37,790 nucleotides of DNA from Candidatus Hydrogenedentota bacterium. GTDB taxonomy: Bacteria > Hydrogenedentota > Hydrogenedentia > Hydrogenedentales > SLHB01. Each line of letters opens with the position of its first letter. The stretch's first letter is position 1. The notes beneath the pieces were generated by a model. It saw only the letters and a program-made list of their open reading frames with translations. It made no database searches and had not been told where the DNA came from. This document shows positions 24,087-35,057 of this stretch, piece by piece. Location of the stretch: the NCBI GenBank assembly GCA_035367355.1, contig DAOSJS010000003.1, positions 1 to 37,790 on the forward strand. Direction: 5' to 3'. The translations under genes were made by a program, and so were the position numbers.

Positions 24087-25612
24087 CCGTCATCACCGGC
24101 AAGCCGTCGCCTGTTTCTGGGAACCTCGCTGCTGTCGCGGGCGGCGCTTTCCTGGCCGTTCTGGCGGGATTTGCCGTTCTGGCGGGGGGAGTCTATGCCC
24201 TGCTGGCCGAGCTGGGCCTGATCGTCTTCGTATTGATACTTCGCTGGCCCGTGCTGGGCCTGTATCTGACCACCGCGCTGCTCCTGTTGTCGGGCCCTTC
24301 GGGCGTGATTGGCTCGGTTCGCGTGGCCATTCCAGTTACGGCGGCCAAGGTCGTTGGTGCAATGACCTTCGCCAGCTGGCTGCTCAATGTCACCCTGCGC
24401 CGGGAACGGTTCCGGATGGGCTGGGAATCGGTGCCCCTGCTGGCGCTGTTTTTGTGGAGCGCACTCGGGGTGTTTCTCTCGGACACCTGGCGGCTGCAAT
24501 GGCCGGAATGGTTCCGCCTGGGCACGCTGGTGGCCTACTACCTGCTTTCGGTCAATCTGCTGAACTCGCAGCAGCGCATTCATGCGTTCACGATGGTCGT
24601 CATCTACTGCGGTGTAGCGATGGCGTTATTCGCGGTGGCGCAGTATTTCATTCCGGCGTTCCACTTGCAAACGGAGACGGCGATTGCCGATATCGGCGCC
24701 GGCGTGGAAGGGGCTTTTGTGGACCCGGAATCGCTCAACGGCAACGCGGCAATCCGGGTCAGCGGCCGCGCAGGCCATTCCAACTGGCTCGCGCTTATCA
24801 TTCTGATCATCATGCCGCTTAACGTGTACTGGTATGCTGCGGCAACGTCGCGAAAGGCGCGCGCTTTTTGCGTGGGCGCCGTGCTCCTGGAGATATTGGC
24901 CCTTATTCTGACGTTCACCCGCACGGGATTTCTCGTAGGCCTCGTGATCTTCGCGGTCCTGGGCATGCGGCGCCTGGTACGAATCAACCCGCCCCGGCTG
25001 GCCTATGTCGCGTTTGCGGCCGTGCTCGTGCTCCTGACCCTTCCCCCGGCCTACAAAGAACGTGTTTTCGACCCCCAGAAATATACCCGGTCAGATTCCG
25101 TCCGGCACCGCCTCCAGCTGCAGGATGCCGCGTGGGAAATGATGCTCGAAAAACCGCTGTGGGGCGTCGGTTTGTCCGGCTATGGATTGCGCATCGTAGA
25201 CGGCGACTCGGAAGTGGCGCACATCATGCGCTGGCTCGTCGACGAAATGCATTGGGATCCACGCATCATCGGCACCCACAACATGTATCTTCAGCTGGCC
25301 AGTGAAACTGGTCTCGTAGGCCTCGCCTTCATGCTTCTGTTCTTCGGGATCATGCTGCGCTACCTGAGTCAGGCCGAGCATTTTCATCTGAGATTGGGCA
25401 ATGCGCGTGCCGCAACCCTGATCATGTCGCTGCAAGTAAGCCTGTTGAGCTTCCTGCTGTGCGCTGTCTTCCTGCACGCGCTGCAGCAGAAGATCTGGTG
25501 GATGATGGCTTCCATCGCGGCGGTCGTGCCGCTGTATACCGCCGGCGCCACGGGACGGCGAAACGATGTGCCTGTCGCGACTGAAAACGCTTCATTCGCC
25601 GGTGAATCCTGA
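24083..25612 (+). CDS. O-antigen ligase / Wzy-like polymerase family membrane protein
   Basis: GTG at 24083 overlaps the upstream stop (GTGA). The track ORF starting at 23468 is an Arg-rich out-of-context extension. Multi-TM, with the motif THNMYLQLASETGLVGLAFML typical of the O-antigen ligase family. Confidence 0.7.
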   Translation: MTVITGKPSPVSGNLAAVAGGAFLAVLAGFAVLAGGVYALLAELGLIVFVLILRWPVLGLYLTTALLLLSGPSGVIGSVRVAIPVTAAKVVGAMTFASWLLNVTLRRERFRMGWESVPLLALFLWSALGVFLSDTWRLQWPEWFRLGTLVAYYLLSVNLLNSQQRIHAFTMVVIYCGVAMALFAVAQYFIPAFHLQTETAIADIGAGVEGAFVDPESLNGNAAIRVSGRAGHSNWLALIILIIMPLNVYWYAAATSRKARAFCVGAVLLEILALILTFTRTGFLVGLVIFAVLGMRRLVRINPPRLAYVAFAAVLVLLTLPPAYKERVFDPQKYTRSDSVRHRLQLQDAAWEMMLEKPLWGVGLSGYGLRIVDGDSEVAHIMRWLVDEMHWDPRIIGTHNMYLQLASETGLVGLAFMLLFFGIMLRYLSQAEHFHLRLGNARAATLIMSLQVSLLSFLLCAVFLHALQQKIWWMMASIAAVVPLYTAGATGRRNDVPVATENASFAGES

Positions 25613-25639
25613 CCCCAGACAACATGCACGGAGGTGCAG

Positions 25640-26812
25640 ATGCCCAAACGCATGAACGTACTGTACCTGGTCCGCACCTGGGCCATCGGAGGTTCGCACA
25701 CCATCATCTTTCTCTTGCTTCGGCACCTGCCGAAGGATCGCTTCAACATCATCTGCGTTCCGTTTGACACCCCTTCCCAGAGTGACGAAGCGTTCGTGCG
25801 CGCGCTGAAGCTTCGCGATCTGCCCGTCGCGGACGACCGCGTCCCGTGGCGAAGCCGCCTGGGATGGCGGAAAGCCCGGAACGCCATCTCAGCGCTCATT
25901 GAAAAATACGACATCGATCTCCTCCATACACACGATCCGCAATCCAATGTGCTGGTGGGCCTTGGCCGGCACCGCTGGCCCTGCGCGGTCGTCGCCAGTC
26001 CGTATGGCTGGTGGGCACGCATGTTTCCCCTGCGGAGCCATGTTTACAACTGGATCGAGCGATCCTGGGCCCTGCCCGGCGTTGACCAGATCATTACGGT
26101 GTCGCAGGATATGAAGCAGAAGATCCTGCGCGGCCCAACGCAGGAAGACCGTGTCAACGTGGTGTACACGGGACTCGATCCCGCTGAAATGCAGGGAGGC
26201 GCGCCGCGCGCGGAAATCCGTGCTGCGCTGGGTATCCCCGACGACGCCTGCGTCGTGGGCACGGTCAGCCGCCTCTATGTGGAAAAAGGCCACACCTTTC
26301 TGCTGGATTCCCTGTCCCACCTGGCGGACAGCGTGCCGCATCTGCATGTGCTGATCGTGGGTGAGGGGCCGCTGCGACCGGCGCTGGAACGTCAGGCGCA
26401 GAATGCCGGACTGGACGGGCGCGTGCATTTCACGGGATTTTACGACGATCTCCCCGGAGCGCTGCGCGCGATGGACGTGTTCGCGCAACCGTCTGTGCTT
26501 GACGAGGGATTCCCCACGGCCGTGCTCGAAGCCCAGCTGGCGGGTCTGCCCGTCATCGCTTCGGATGTCGGTGGTACCGGCGAAACCATGCAGCCAGGAA
26601 AAACAGGGCTCCTCGTGCCGCCACGGAACGTGGAGGCCCTGGCGGAGGCGGTCCGCACACTGGCCGAAGATCCGGACCGCCGGATGGCCATGAGCACCGC
26701 CGGACCGGAGTGGATCCAGCGCTCGTTTACACTCGAAAACATGATCCGGCAGGTGACGGGTGTTTACGAAAAGGCCGTCACGGCCTATCGCGCGAGGAGC
26801 GGGCCCTCGTGA
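25640..26812 (+). CDS. glycosyltransferase family 4 (GT-B)
   Basis: ATG at 25640 lies 5 nt after GGAGG. C-terminal motif EGFPTAVLEAQLAGLPVIASDVGGTGE. Confidence 0.8.
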   Translation: MPKRMNVLYLVRTWAIGGSHTIIFLLLRHLPKDRFNIICVPFDTPSQSDEAFVRALKLRDLPVADDRVPWRSRLGWRKARNAISALIEKYDIDLLHTHDPQSNVLVGLGRHRWPCAVVASPYGWWARMFPLRSHVYNWIERSWALPGVDQIITVSQDMKQKILRGPTQEDRVNVVYTGLDPAEMQGGAPRAEIRAALGIPDDACVVGTVSRLYVEKGHTFLLDSLSHLADSVPHLHVLIVGEGPLRPALERQAQNAGLDGRVHFTGFYDDLPGALRAMDVFAQPSVLDEGFPTAVLEAQLAGLPVIASDVGGTGETMQPGKTGLLVPPRNVEALAEAVRTLAEDPDRRMAMSTAGPEWIQRSFTLENMIRQVTGVYEKAVTAYRARSGPS

Positions 26813-27933
26813 TACGGCTCGCGATCGATGCCCACGCCCTCGGGACCGGTGCGGGAGGCAACGAATCCTATATCCGGGCGCTGCTGGATGCCCTGTCTTC
26901 TTCGACGCCGGACATTGCACCGGTGGCCCTGACTCCTCCCGGCTGGCGCGAGGAGTTGCCCGCCGGCATGGCCTCGCAAGCCCTGCGCACGCAGCGCTCA
27001 TGGGTTCGGGTGGCGCTGGAGCTGCCGGCCCTCCTGCGCCGGGAAAGGTTCGATCTCTTTCATGCGCAATACATCGCGCCGCCGGCCTGTCCGTGCCCGG
27101 CCGTCGTCAGCATTCACGATTTTGTATGGAAACGGCATCCCGCAACCTTGCCGCCGCTCGTCCGCTACCGCCTGCAGGCGCTCATTCCCGCCACGCTCAG
27201 GCGCGCGCGCCGGGTCTTTGTGCTCTGCGAGGCAATGCGTCAGGAATTACTCGAACTCTACGATTTTCCCAAAGATCGAATTGATGTCGTTCCACCCGCT
27301 GTTCATCCGCGCTTCCACGCCGTGATTGAACCGCAGGCGCTGGATCGCGTGCGGACCAGACACCGGCTGCCCCCGGAATATGTTTTGTATGTGGGCGCGT
27401 TGCAGCCGCGCAAGAATTTGAACCGTTTACTGGAGGCCTTCGCGGCAGTACGGCGCGAAGGCCTGCCTCACCGGCTCGCCATGGTGGGACAGGAGGCGTG
27501 GATGGCCAGGCCGCTGCGGGAGACCATACGCCGGCTGCGGCTTGAGGATGCCATCGTCTTCACAGGCTACGTGGAAGACGCCGATCTGCCCGCGCTGTAC
27601 CGCGGCGCGGCGGGCTTTGCCTACGTTTCCATCTATGAAGGTTTCGGCATCCCTGTTGCGGAAGCCCTGGCCTGCGGGACGCCGGTACTCACGTCGAATA
27701 ACGGGGCGCTCGCGGAGGTCGCGGGAGACGCAGCGCTGACCCGCGATCCCTTCGATGTGGATGCCCTCGCGGACGGGCTGCGAACCCTACTTACCGACGC
27801 GGAGCTGCGCCGGCGTTTACGGGACGCCGGACCCGGCCGGGCGCGCATGTTTTCCCACGAAGCCATGAGAGCGGCCGCCTGTCAGGGGTATCGCCGCGCG
27901 GTCGAAGATACCGGGCGTCTCAACGGCAGATGA
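26809..27933 (+). CDS. glycosyltransferase family 4 (GT-B)
   Basis: GTG at 26809 overlaps the upstream stop (GTGA). Motif YEGFGIPVAEALACGTPVLTSNNGALAEV. Confidence 0.75.
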   Translation: MIRLAIDAHALGTGAGGNESYIRALLDALSSSTPDIAPVALTPPGWREELPAGMASQALRTQRSWVRVALELPALLRRERFDLFHAQYIAPPACPCPAVVSIHDFVWKRHPATLPPLVRYRLQALIPATLRRARRVFVLCEAMRQELLELYDFPKDRIDVVPPAVHPRFHAVIEPQALDRVRTRHRLPPEYVLYVGALQPRKNLNRLLEAFAAVRREGLPHRLAMVGQEAWMARPLRETIRRLRLEDAIVFTGYVEDADLPALYRGAAGFAYVSIYEGFGIPVAEALACGTPVLTSNNGALAEVAGDAALTRDPFDVDALADGLRTLLTDAELRRRLRDAGPGRARMFSHEAMRAAACQGYRRAVEDTGRLNGR

Positions 27934-28006
27934 ACCCGGCACGAGAGCCGGGACATCACGGATTACGCTGCCGCCAGGCGCTCCAGCGTCAAGCAGATGG
28001 ACATCT

Positions 28007-29722
28007 CTATGGCGCGAGCGTGGTGATGGCTTCGGCGAGCCGTTCGCGGAGGCGCGGCAGCGCGCCGGGGTCCTGGTTCCAGGTGCCCCACGTCGGTACC
28101 GCTTCGCGCACGATAGCTTCCACCATCCCCGCTCCGCCCCGCTGTTCGAGGATCACGAAGTACTCGTAATCTTCCATGCCGTCGCGCAGGCTCTTCAGAC
28201 GCAACGAGCCGACGGGCCCTTCGAGACCTGCGTCCGTGCCGGGATAAAACAGCGCGCCGTCGCCGTTCCAGTACCCGCGAAAACCTGGCTCATCCCACGG
28301 ATTGCGATCCGGGCTGCCCCAGTAGCACGTTGACCAGTAGAGCAGACCGGTGATGCCGTAACGCCGGTTCAGCCACGGCGCAATACGATAACTCACCAGC
28401 GGGACATCGATCTGCCAGTACGGCGGATCCTCGCCTTTGACCTTCTCATACTCGGGGTGATAGTCCGGCGCCCGCTGGTAGAGGGCGGTATAACTCCACA
28501 CCTCGTCGCCTTGCGCCTGTTTTTCGGCGACGCTCGGTTCGTGGATGAATCCGAACAGCGGGCACCAGATGTCGAATGCGCCATCGAGGACTCCCCAGGC
28601 GGGATCCTGCGTGTAGGGCTGTTCCACCACCAGGCGGCGGATGCGCGGTTCGGCTTCATGTACAAGCGCTCCCAGCTTACGTACGGTCTCGTATTCTTCC
28701 GGCGTATTGGGCTCATCGAGCATGTAGTGGTACGAGCGGTCTGCCCATCCCTTCCGCTCGAGGTAGGCATACCACGACCGCATGAAATTCTTCGCCTTCT
28801 CGCGGTTCGCGCCCAGGATGTCGCCGAAGGGCGCCCGCGGAATCTCAAGATTGGTCACATGGAACTGGTCTACAAACGCCGAGATGGCGGCATCCACCTC
28901 GGAGAAGTCGGTTGTTCCGTCGTCCTGAATGGCCGGCCAGAGACGGCGCGGAAACGCCGGGTTGATGCGGTGTTCCGCAAGCAACGCTTCGTACCGCTCC
29001 TCGATACGGTGAAATTCATCGGAATCACGCTCCAGGCCGAGGTACGAATGCACGCGGTCCACGCCGCCGAAATGGTTCTCGTGAGTTGGGCCGTCCGGCA
29101 AGGTGAAATCCCAGACCGTCAGCGTCACCGGCAGTTCGATGGCGTCTATGCCTTTGGCCGTAATGGTCAACACGCCCGTATAGGCCCCCGCCGGCGCGTC
29201 TTTGGGCACGGCGATATCCACCCACAGCATCTGATTCTGGTCCGGCCACACATCAAACGGGCTGCCGCCGAAACGCCCCGGCAGCATTTTGGCCGCGTCG
29301 TCGCTCCATTGGGCCCTGCCCAGCGCGTCGCCGGTATACGGGTCGATCAGAGGCACCAGCGGATCCCGAATCAGTCCCGGCCCCTCGCTTGCTCTGTAAC
29401 CCGAGCGCCGGATCGGCACGCATTCTTCGCGGTACAGGCGCACACTGGATGCGGAGATCACATAATCGCCATACGTCAACGGGCCGGCTTCCACGCGCAC
29501 ACCCTGAAGCTGCCCGTTCCGCGCGATGATCGCAACTTGAAAGGACTCGACTTCATTCTTTGCGGCAGCGATCGTGGCGTCCAGCGCGCCCTCTACTGCG
29601 TCGTACGGGCGGAGCCGTACGGTGGACGGCAATACGCGTACCACGGCCTCCGGTTGTGCAACCGCAACCGCAGTCGTCAGAGCCAGTAGAAGTGCGAACA
29701 CAGGAACCCGGCACTTTCGCAT
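28007..29722 (-). CDS. secreted DUF4091 domain protein (glycoside-hydrolase-like)
   Basis: ATG at 29722 lies 7 nt after AAGGAGGA; the alternative is 29728. Signal peptide MRKCRVPVFALLLALTTAVAVAQP. The C-terminal LRDGMEDYEYF motif is typical of DUF4091. Confidence 0.7.
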   Translation of the reverse strand: MRKCRVPVFALLLALTTAVAVAQPEAVVRVLPSTVRLRPYDAVEGALDATIAAAKNEVESFQVAIIARNGQLQGVRVEAGPLTYGDYVISASSVRLYREECVPIRRSGYRASEGPGLIRDPLVPLIDPYTGDALGRAQWSDDAAKMLPGRFGGSPFDVWPDQNQMLWVDIAVPKDAPAGAYTGVLTITAKGIDAIELPVTLTVWDFTLPDGPTHENHFGGVDRVHSYLGLERDSDEFHRIEERYEALLAEHRINPAFPRRLWPAIQDDGTTDFSEVDAAISAFVDQFHVTNLEIPRAPFGDILGANREKAKNFMRSWYAYLERKGWADRSYHYMLDEPNTPEEYETVRKLGALVHEAEPRIRRLVVEQPYTQDPAWGVLDGAFDIWCPLFGFIHEPSVAEKQAQGDEVWSYTALYQRAPDYHPEYEKVKGEDPPYWQIDVPLVSYRIAPWLNRRYGITGLLYWSTCYWGSPDRNPWDEPGFRGYWNGDGALFYPGTDAGLEGPVGSLRLKSLRDGMEDYEYFVILEQRGGAGMVEAIVREAVPTWGTWNQDPGALPRLRERLAEAITTLAP

Positions 29723-29822
29723 GTGCATATCCTCCTTATTCCGCTCAGATGGCTTTTTCAAAGTGCAGCCGAGTGTAGTATATTGGTTCTGTTATCCCAT
29801 TTACACCGGAATCTCTCCGCCT

Positions 29823-30320
29823 ATGAACGCGAACGCCAAGAAAAGCAACGCCGGACACATCGAAGCCCGGGTCGCCGCGCTCCGGGCACGCTGCAGCGAA
29901 TGCGGGCTCCGCTTCACCCCGCAGCGCCAGGAGATCTACCGCGAAATGGCTCGCGCCTGTGACCATCCCAGCGCGGAGACGCTCCACAAACGTATCGCCC
30001 GCCGCATGCCGGCCATGACGCTCGACACGGTATATCGCACGCTGGGAACCTTTGAAGCGATGGGGCTGATTGAACGCGTCGCTGCAGTTGGGAACAGCGC
30101 GCGTTTCGAGGCCAATCTGGCGCCGCATCATCATTTTGTCTGCAAGCGCTGCGGCAGTATTCTCGATGTGCCTCCAGGCCGCTTCGAGCCGTCCGAATTC
30201 ACGGGCGATCTGCCGGACGGCAGCCTGCTCCATTCAGCCCGGATCGACATGCGGGGAATCTGCTCCCAGTGCGCGCGATCGTCTGCATCGCATCGAAAGC
30301 CAGCCCGCCTCATAGAATAG
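29823..30320 (+). CDS. Fur family transcriptional regulator (Fur/Zur/PerR not distinguished)
   Basis: 165 aa starting at ATG 29823. Winged-helix region ..TPQRQEIYREMA...HPSAETLHKRI. HHHFVCKRCG and CSQC metal-site motifs. Confidence 0.8.
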   Translation: MNANAKKSNAGHIEARVAALRARCSECGLRFTPQRQEIYREMARACDHPSAETLHKRIARRMPAMTLDTVYRTLGTFEAMGLIERVAAVGNSARFEANLAPHHHFVCKRCGSILDVPPGRFEPSEFTGDLPDGSLLHSARIDMRGICSQCARSSASHRKPARLIE

Positions 30321-30434
30321 AGCGCGGCCTGCTTCGCGGAGTTTTGCGCCGCCTCTGGAAAGCACAAAACCGTGGGGTATCCGCCCGGCATCGTCCTGAG
30401 GCCCGGCATGCCGTCCGGCCAGCGAAAAACCTCG

Positions 30435-30460
30435 AGACCGCTGGCGGTCTTGTGTTTTCT
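30435..30460 (+). terminator. intrinsic terminator-like hairpin between the fur-family gene and queE
   Basis: AGACCG-CTGG-CGGTCT stem-loop followed by TGTGTTTTCT. Confidence 0.45.
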
Positions 30461-30548
30461 CCCGCTGTCCGGGTTTCTTATAATGGTTCCCGTCGGTGTG
30501 CGCGCCCGCGGACAGGATTGAAGCGCGTGACACTGCGTAACTTCAGGA

Positions 30549-31268
30549 ATGTGTATGTCCTCACCCCCGTTGCCGCCAGACGATGCCTCGAAGCATCCTG
30601 CGCGTCCGGCAAAAGCGTCCGAGAAGACGCTCGTCGTGACCGAGATCTACCGGAGCATCCAGGGCGAATCGACCTGGGCCGGCCGGCCATGCACCTTTAT
30701 CCGGCTCACCGGCTGCAACCTGCGCTGCGTCTGGTGCGATACCAGCTACGCGTTCAAAGGCGGTACCCGGATGACGATCGCGGAGATCCTCGCGGAGTGC
30801 CGCCGCCTCGGCTGTGCACTGGTCGAGATCACCGGCGGCGAACCCCTGCTGCAAAAGGCATGCCCGCGCCTGGCAGAGGCCCTGCTGGCCGAAGGATACA
30901 CCGTCCTGTGCGAAACCAGCGGCTCCCTTCCGATTGCCGACCTCCCCCGCGACGTGGTTAAAATCATGGACCTCAAATGCCCCGGCAGCGGCGAATGCGA
31001 GAAAAATGACTGGGCCAACCTCGACGCGCTCGGTCCCCGCGATGAGATCAAGTTTGTCATTGCCAGCCGCGCCGATTATGAATGGAGCCGCGACGTCTTC
31101 AGGAAGTACAATCTGGCCGCACGCTGCCACGCAGTCCTGTTTTCCCCCGTCTTCGGCGCCATCGCGCCGAAAGATATTGTGGCGTGGCTCCTGGAAGATG
31201 CCCTCGATGCCCGGTTTCAACTGCAACTGCACAAATTCATCTGGCCCCCCAGCCAGAAAGGAGTCTGA
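30549..31268 (+). CDS. queE: 7-carboxy-7-deazaguanine synthase (radical SAM)
   Basis: EIYRSIQGESTWAGRPCTFIRLTGCNLRCVWCDTSY is the canonical QueE N-terminal CX3CX2C-type region. The ATG at 30555 has better spacing to the AGGA SD than the ATG at 30549. Confidence 0.85.
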   Translation: MCMSSPPLPPDDASKHPARPAKASEKTLVVTEIYRSIQGESTWAGRPCTFIRLTGCNLRCVWCDTSYAFKGGTRMTIAEILAECRRLGCALVEITGGEPLLQKACPRLAEALLAEGYTVLCETSGSLPIADLPRDVVKIMDLKCPGSGECEKNDWANLDALGPRDEIKFVIASRADYEWSRDVFRKYNLAARCHAVLFSPVFGAIAPKDIVAWLLEDALDARFQLQLHKFIWPPSQKGV

Positions 31269-31967
31269 TTGAAGGTTCAACTCACCAAAACGTTCTTCGC
31301 CGAAGCGGCCCACCGGAACCCGGGCGGACCACCCAAAACCCGCCGTCTGCACGGACACAGCTACGAGATCGTGCTGGTGGTCGAAGGCGACGTCACCTCA
31401 GAGTTCGGCTGGCTGATTGACTACGGCGATATCACGGCGGCATTCAAGCCAATCTATCAGCACATAGATCATGCGCTCCTGAACGACATCCCGGATCTCG
31501 ATGAGCCGACCGTACCCGGGCTGCGCGATTGGATTCTGCGCAAACTGGCGCCCGCGCTGCCCGGCCTGAAGGACGTCCGGGTCGCTATTGTCGGCGACTG
31601 TACGTATGCCCCCGAGGTGATCCCGCCGTGCCCCGGCACGGATCAGCCCGGCGCCATCCGCTTCACGTTTGAGGCCGCACAATCCCTGGCTCAGCTGCCC
31701 GACACCCACAAATGCCGCCGCATGCACGGCCATAGCTACCGTGTGGAAGTCGCGGCCAACGACCCCGAGGTGTTGCGCGAACCACTGCGCGACGTCTACG
31801 AACTCCTGGATCACACGTGCCTGAACGATGTGCCCGGGCTCGAAATCGCCACCTGTGAAGTGATCTGCCATTGGCTCTGGCAACGGCTCGCGGCCTGCCC
31901 CGCCGGCATCCGCGCAGTCGCCGTCCAGGAAACCCCTTCCGCGAGGTGCACGTACTATGGAGAATAG
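31269..31967 (+). CDS. queD: tandem-fused 6-carboxytetrahydropterin synthase (two QueD/PTPS T-fold modules)
   Basis: TTG at 31269 lies 6 nt after AAGGAG and directly abuts the queE stop. Module 1 has FFAEAAHR...RRLHGHSYEI. Module 2 has FTFEAAQS...HKCRRMHGHSYRV...VQETPSARCTYYGE. Confidence 0.75.
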   Translation: MKVQLTKTFFAEAAHRNPGGPPKTRRLHGHSYEIVLVVEGDVTSEFGWLIDYGDITAAFKPIYQHIDHALLNDIPDLDEPTVPGLRDWILRKLAPALPGLKDVRVAIVGDCTYAPEVIPPCPGTDQPGAIRFTFEAAQSLAQLPDTHKCRRMHGHSYRVEVAANDPEVLREPLRDVYELLDHTCLNDVPGLEIATCEVICHWLWQRLAACPAGIRAVAVQETPSARCTYYGE

Positions 31968-32385
31968 GCCCGCAAAGGAGCAATTCAAAGCCCTTGACAA
32001 GACCCTCCCGTTCAAAGGGCCCGAGGCCATCGAATCCGGCCTTCTCGAGTGTTTTCCTTACGAATTCGCCGGAAAACCCATCGGCAACAGCCTTGAAATC
32101 GTCACCGAAACCGCCGAATTTACCTCCGTTTGCCCCTTTTCCGGATTGCCCGATTTTGCTCGCATCACCATCACCTACACTCCCGGCGAGCTGTGCCTCG
32201 AACTCCGTTCGCTCAAATACTACCTGCTTTCGTACCGCGACGTCGGGATCTGGTACGAACACCTCGTTAACCGTATGCTCGAAGACCTGGTCGCCGCATG
32301 CCAGCCCTGCCGGATGAAGATCTCCATTGTCTGCAATCCCCGCGGCGGACTCACCAGCACCGTCACCGCCGAATATTCGAAGTAG
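31957..32385 (+). CDS. queF: NADPH-dependent 7-cyano-7-deazaguanine reductase, unimodular (YkvM) type
   Basis: EFTSVCPFSGLPDFARITITY (catalytic Cys region) and the ELRSLKYYL QueF motif. Overlaps the queD 3' end by 11 nt. Confidence 0.85.
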   Translation: MENRPAKEQFKALDKTLPFKGPEAIESGLLECFPYEFAGKPIGNSLEIVTETAEFTSVCPFSGLPDFARITITYTPGELCLELRSLKYYLLSYRDVGIWYEHLVNRMLEDLVAACQPCRMKISIVCNPRGGLTSTVTAEYSK

Positions 32386-32616
32386 ACCCCGGGCGCCCGG
32401 GTAGAAACAGAAACTCCCTGTATTCCCAGCCGGGATGGCATTCGCCGGTATCAGAGTGGCTCCAGAAGCTATAAAAACCGAAAATGCCGGGCTCAAGGAT
32501 TAGACGAAAGTTGCAGCGGACGAAATCCGGTTGGATAAGCCCGCTTCGTGCTTAACTTCTTTCACACCATAGCTTCATGCGCGAGTACCGGGCAGACGCC
32601 CAAGGTGTCCGGGCGC

Positions 32617-32645
32617 TTGACAGGCGCCTGGGCATGTGGTAGTAT
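32617..32645 (+). promoter_or_regulatory. sigma70-type promoter of groEL
   Basis: TTGACA (32617-32622), a 17-nt spacer, then TAGTAT (32640-32645). The CIRCE element starts 10 nt downstream. Confidence 0.65.
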
Positions 32646-32654
32646 CCGCGTTTG

Positions 32655-32681
32655 TTAGCACTCAGGCGCAATGAGTGCTAA
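32655..32681 (+). promoter_or_regulatory. CIRCE operator (HrcA binding site)
   Basis: TTAGCACTC-N9-GAGTGCTAA is a perfect match to the CIRCE consensus inverted repeat. Confidence 0.9.
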
Positions 32682-32856
32682 GCGGCTCCCCAAGAGGCCG
32701 AACCGGGCGTTCAGGCAACAACGGTGCGCACCATGCGTCCGTGTACCAGCGCCAAAACCTTTGCGTAAAACCGTTTACAAGATAGTACGGAAGAAGCAGC
32801 CACGGCCCCGCCCATGCGGGGTATGCGCGAACACAGCACAGCAGAGTGGAGGATAG

Positions 32857-34521
<1,665 letters not shown>

Positions 34522-34550
34522 TCCCGCGCCATTTTCACTCTGCACATTCT

Positions 34551-34586
34551 GCGCCGGCACCGTTTTGGAGCCGGCGCTTTTCTTTT
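34551..34586 (+). terminator. rho-independent terminator of groEL
   Basis: GCGCCGGC-N11-GCCGGCGC 8-bp stem followed by TTTTCTTTT. Confidence 0.85.
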
Positions 34587-34701
34587 GCGCAGCCGGCAGG
34601 ACCGTTAAGGGGGATGGGAAAAGGCGTGGCTGAACAGGCTCATTAGCCCGCACTGGCGGCAATGGCGCCGTATTCCCCCGCCGCCGCGGCCAATGCCGGG
34701 C

Positions 34702-34983
34702 TCACTCCTCGTGCCACGAGGCCCGGATCACCGTGTCGTCGCCGCTTGGCTCGAGTGTGAGATGGCCATGAGCCGCAAGCCAGTGCAGGGTTTGGTCGCA
34801 GGCCGTCTCGGAAAGCTGGAAATGCTGCTGCAATTCTTGTTTTGAGCACGGGTCGTGGTGTTGTACGAAGGCTTCTATGGCCGCAGCCAATTCCAACAAT
34901 GACGGATCCACGGGCGATCTCCACTGCGCACCCAGGGAAATGCTCCCGCATCCGCAGCCGGGCACGATCGGCACGGATGCCAT
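34702..34983 (-). CDS. small hypothetical protein, winged-helix-like with N-terminal CGCG motif
   Basis: ATG at 34983 follows GAGGT plus a 7-nt spacer. The longer track ORF would overlap the outer-membrane-factor gene. 93 aa. LLELAAAIEAFVQHHDPCSKQELQQHFQLSETACDQTLHWLAAHGHL looks like a FeoC/wHTH-type fold. Confidence 0.35.
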   Translation of the reverse strand: MASVPIVPGCGCGSISLGAQWRSPVDPSLLELAAAIEAFVQHHDPCSKQELQQHFQLSETACDQTLHWLAAHGHLTLEPSGDDTVIRASWHEE

Positions 34984-35057
34984 TTCTGCTACCTCAGCCT
35001 GACGTTCTCTGGTGCTCAGGGCTTCAGAGCCCCGGCCCGCCGGGGCGCTCCGGGCGT

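Noticed and set aside
29723-29822. Possible Fur/Zur/PerR box in the divergent region between the DUF4091 gene and the fur-family gene (GTGTAG...TTACAC, TGTTATCCCAT).
   Set aside because: There is only a loose GTGTA-N24-TACAC symmetry and no 7-1-7 or 9-1-9 AT-rich palindrome resembling known Fur-family boxes.
30461-30548. Possible preQ1 riboswitch in the queE leader (the TGGTTCCCG segment superficially resembles the GGUUC loop start of preQ1-I).
   Set aside because: There is no P1 stem closing around that segment and no A-rich tail (AAAAAACUA) before the SD. The leader does not fit the preQ1-I, -II or -III patterns as I remember them. A covariance-model scan is needed to be sure.
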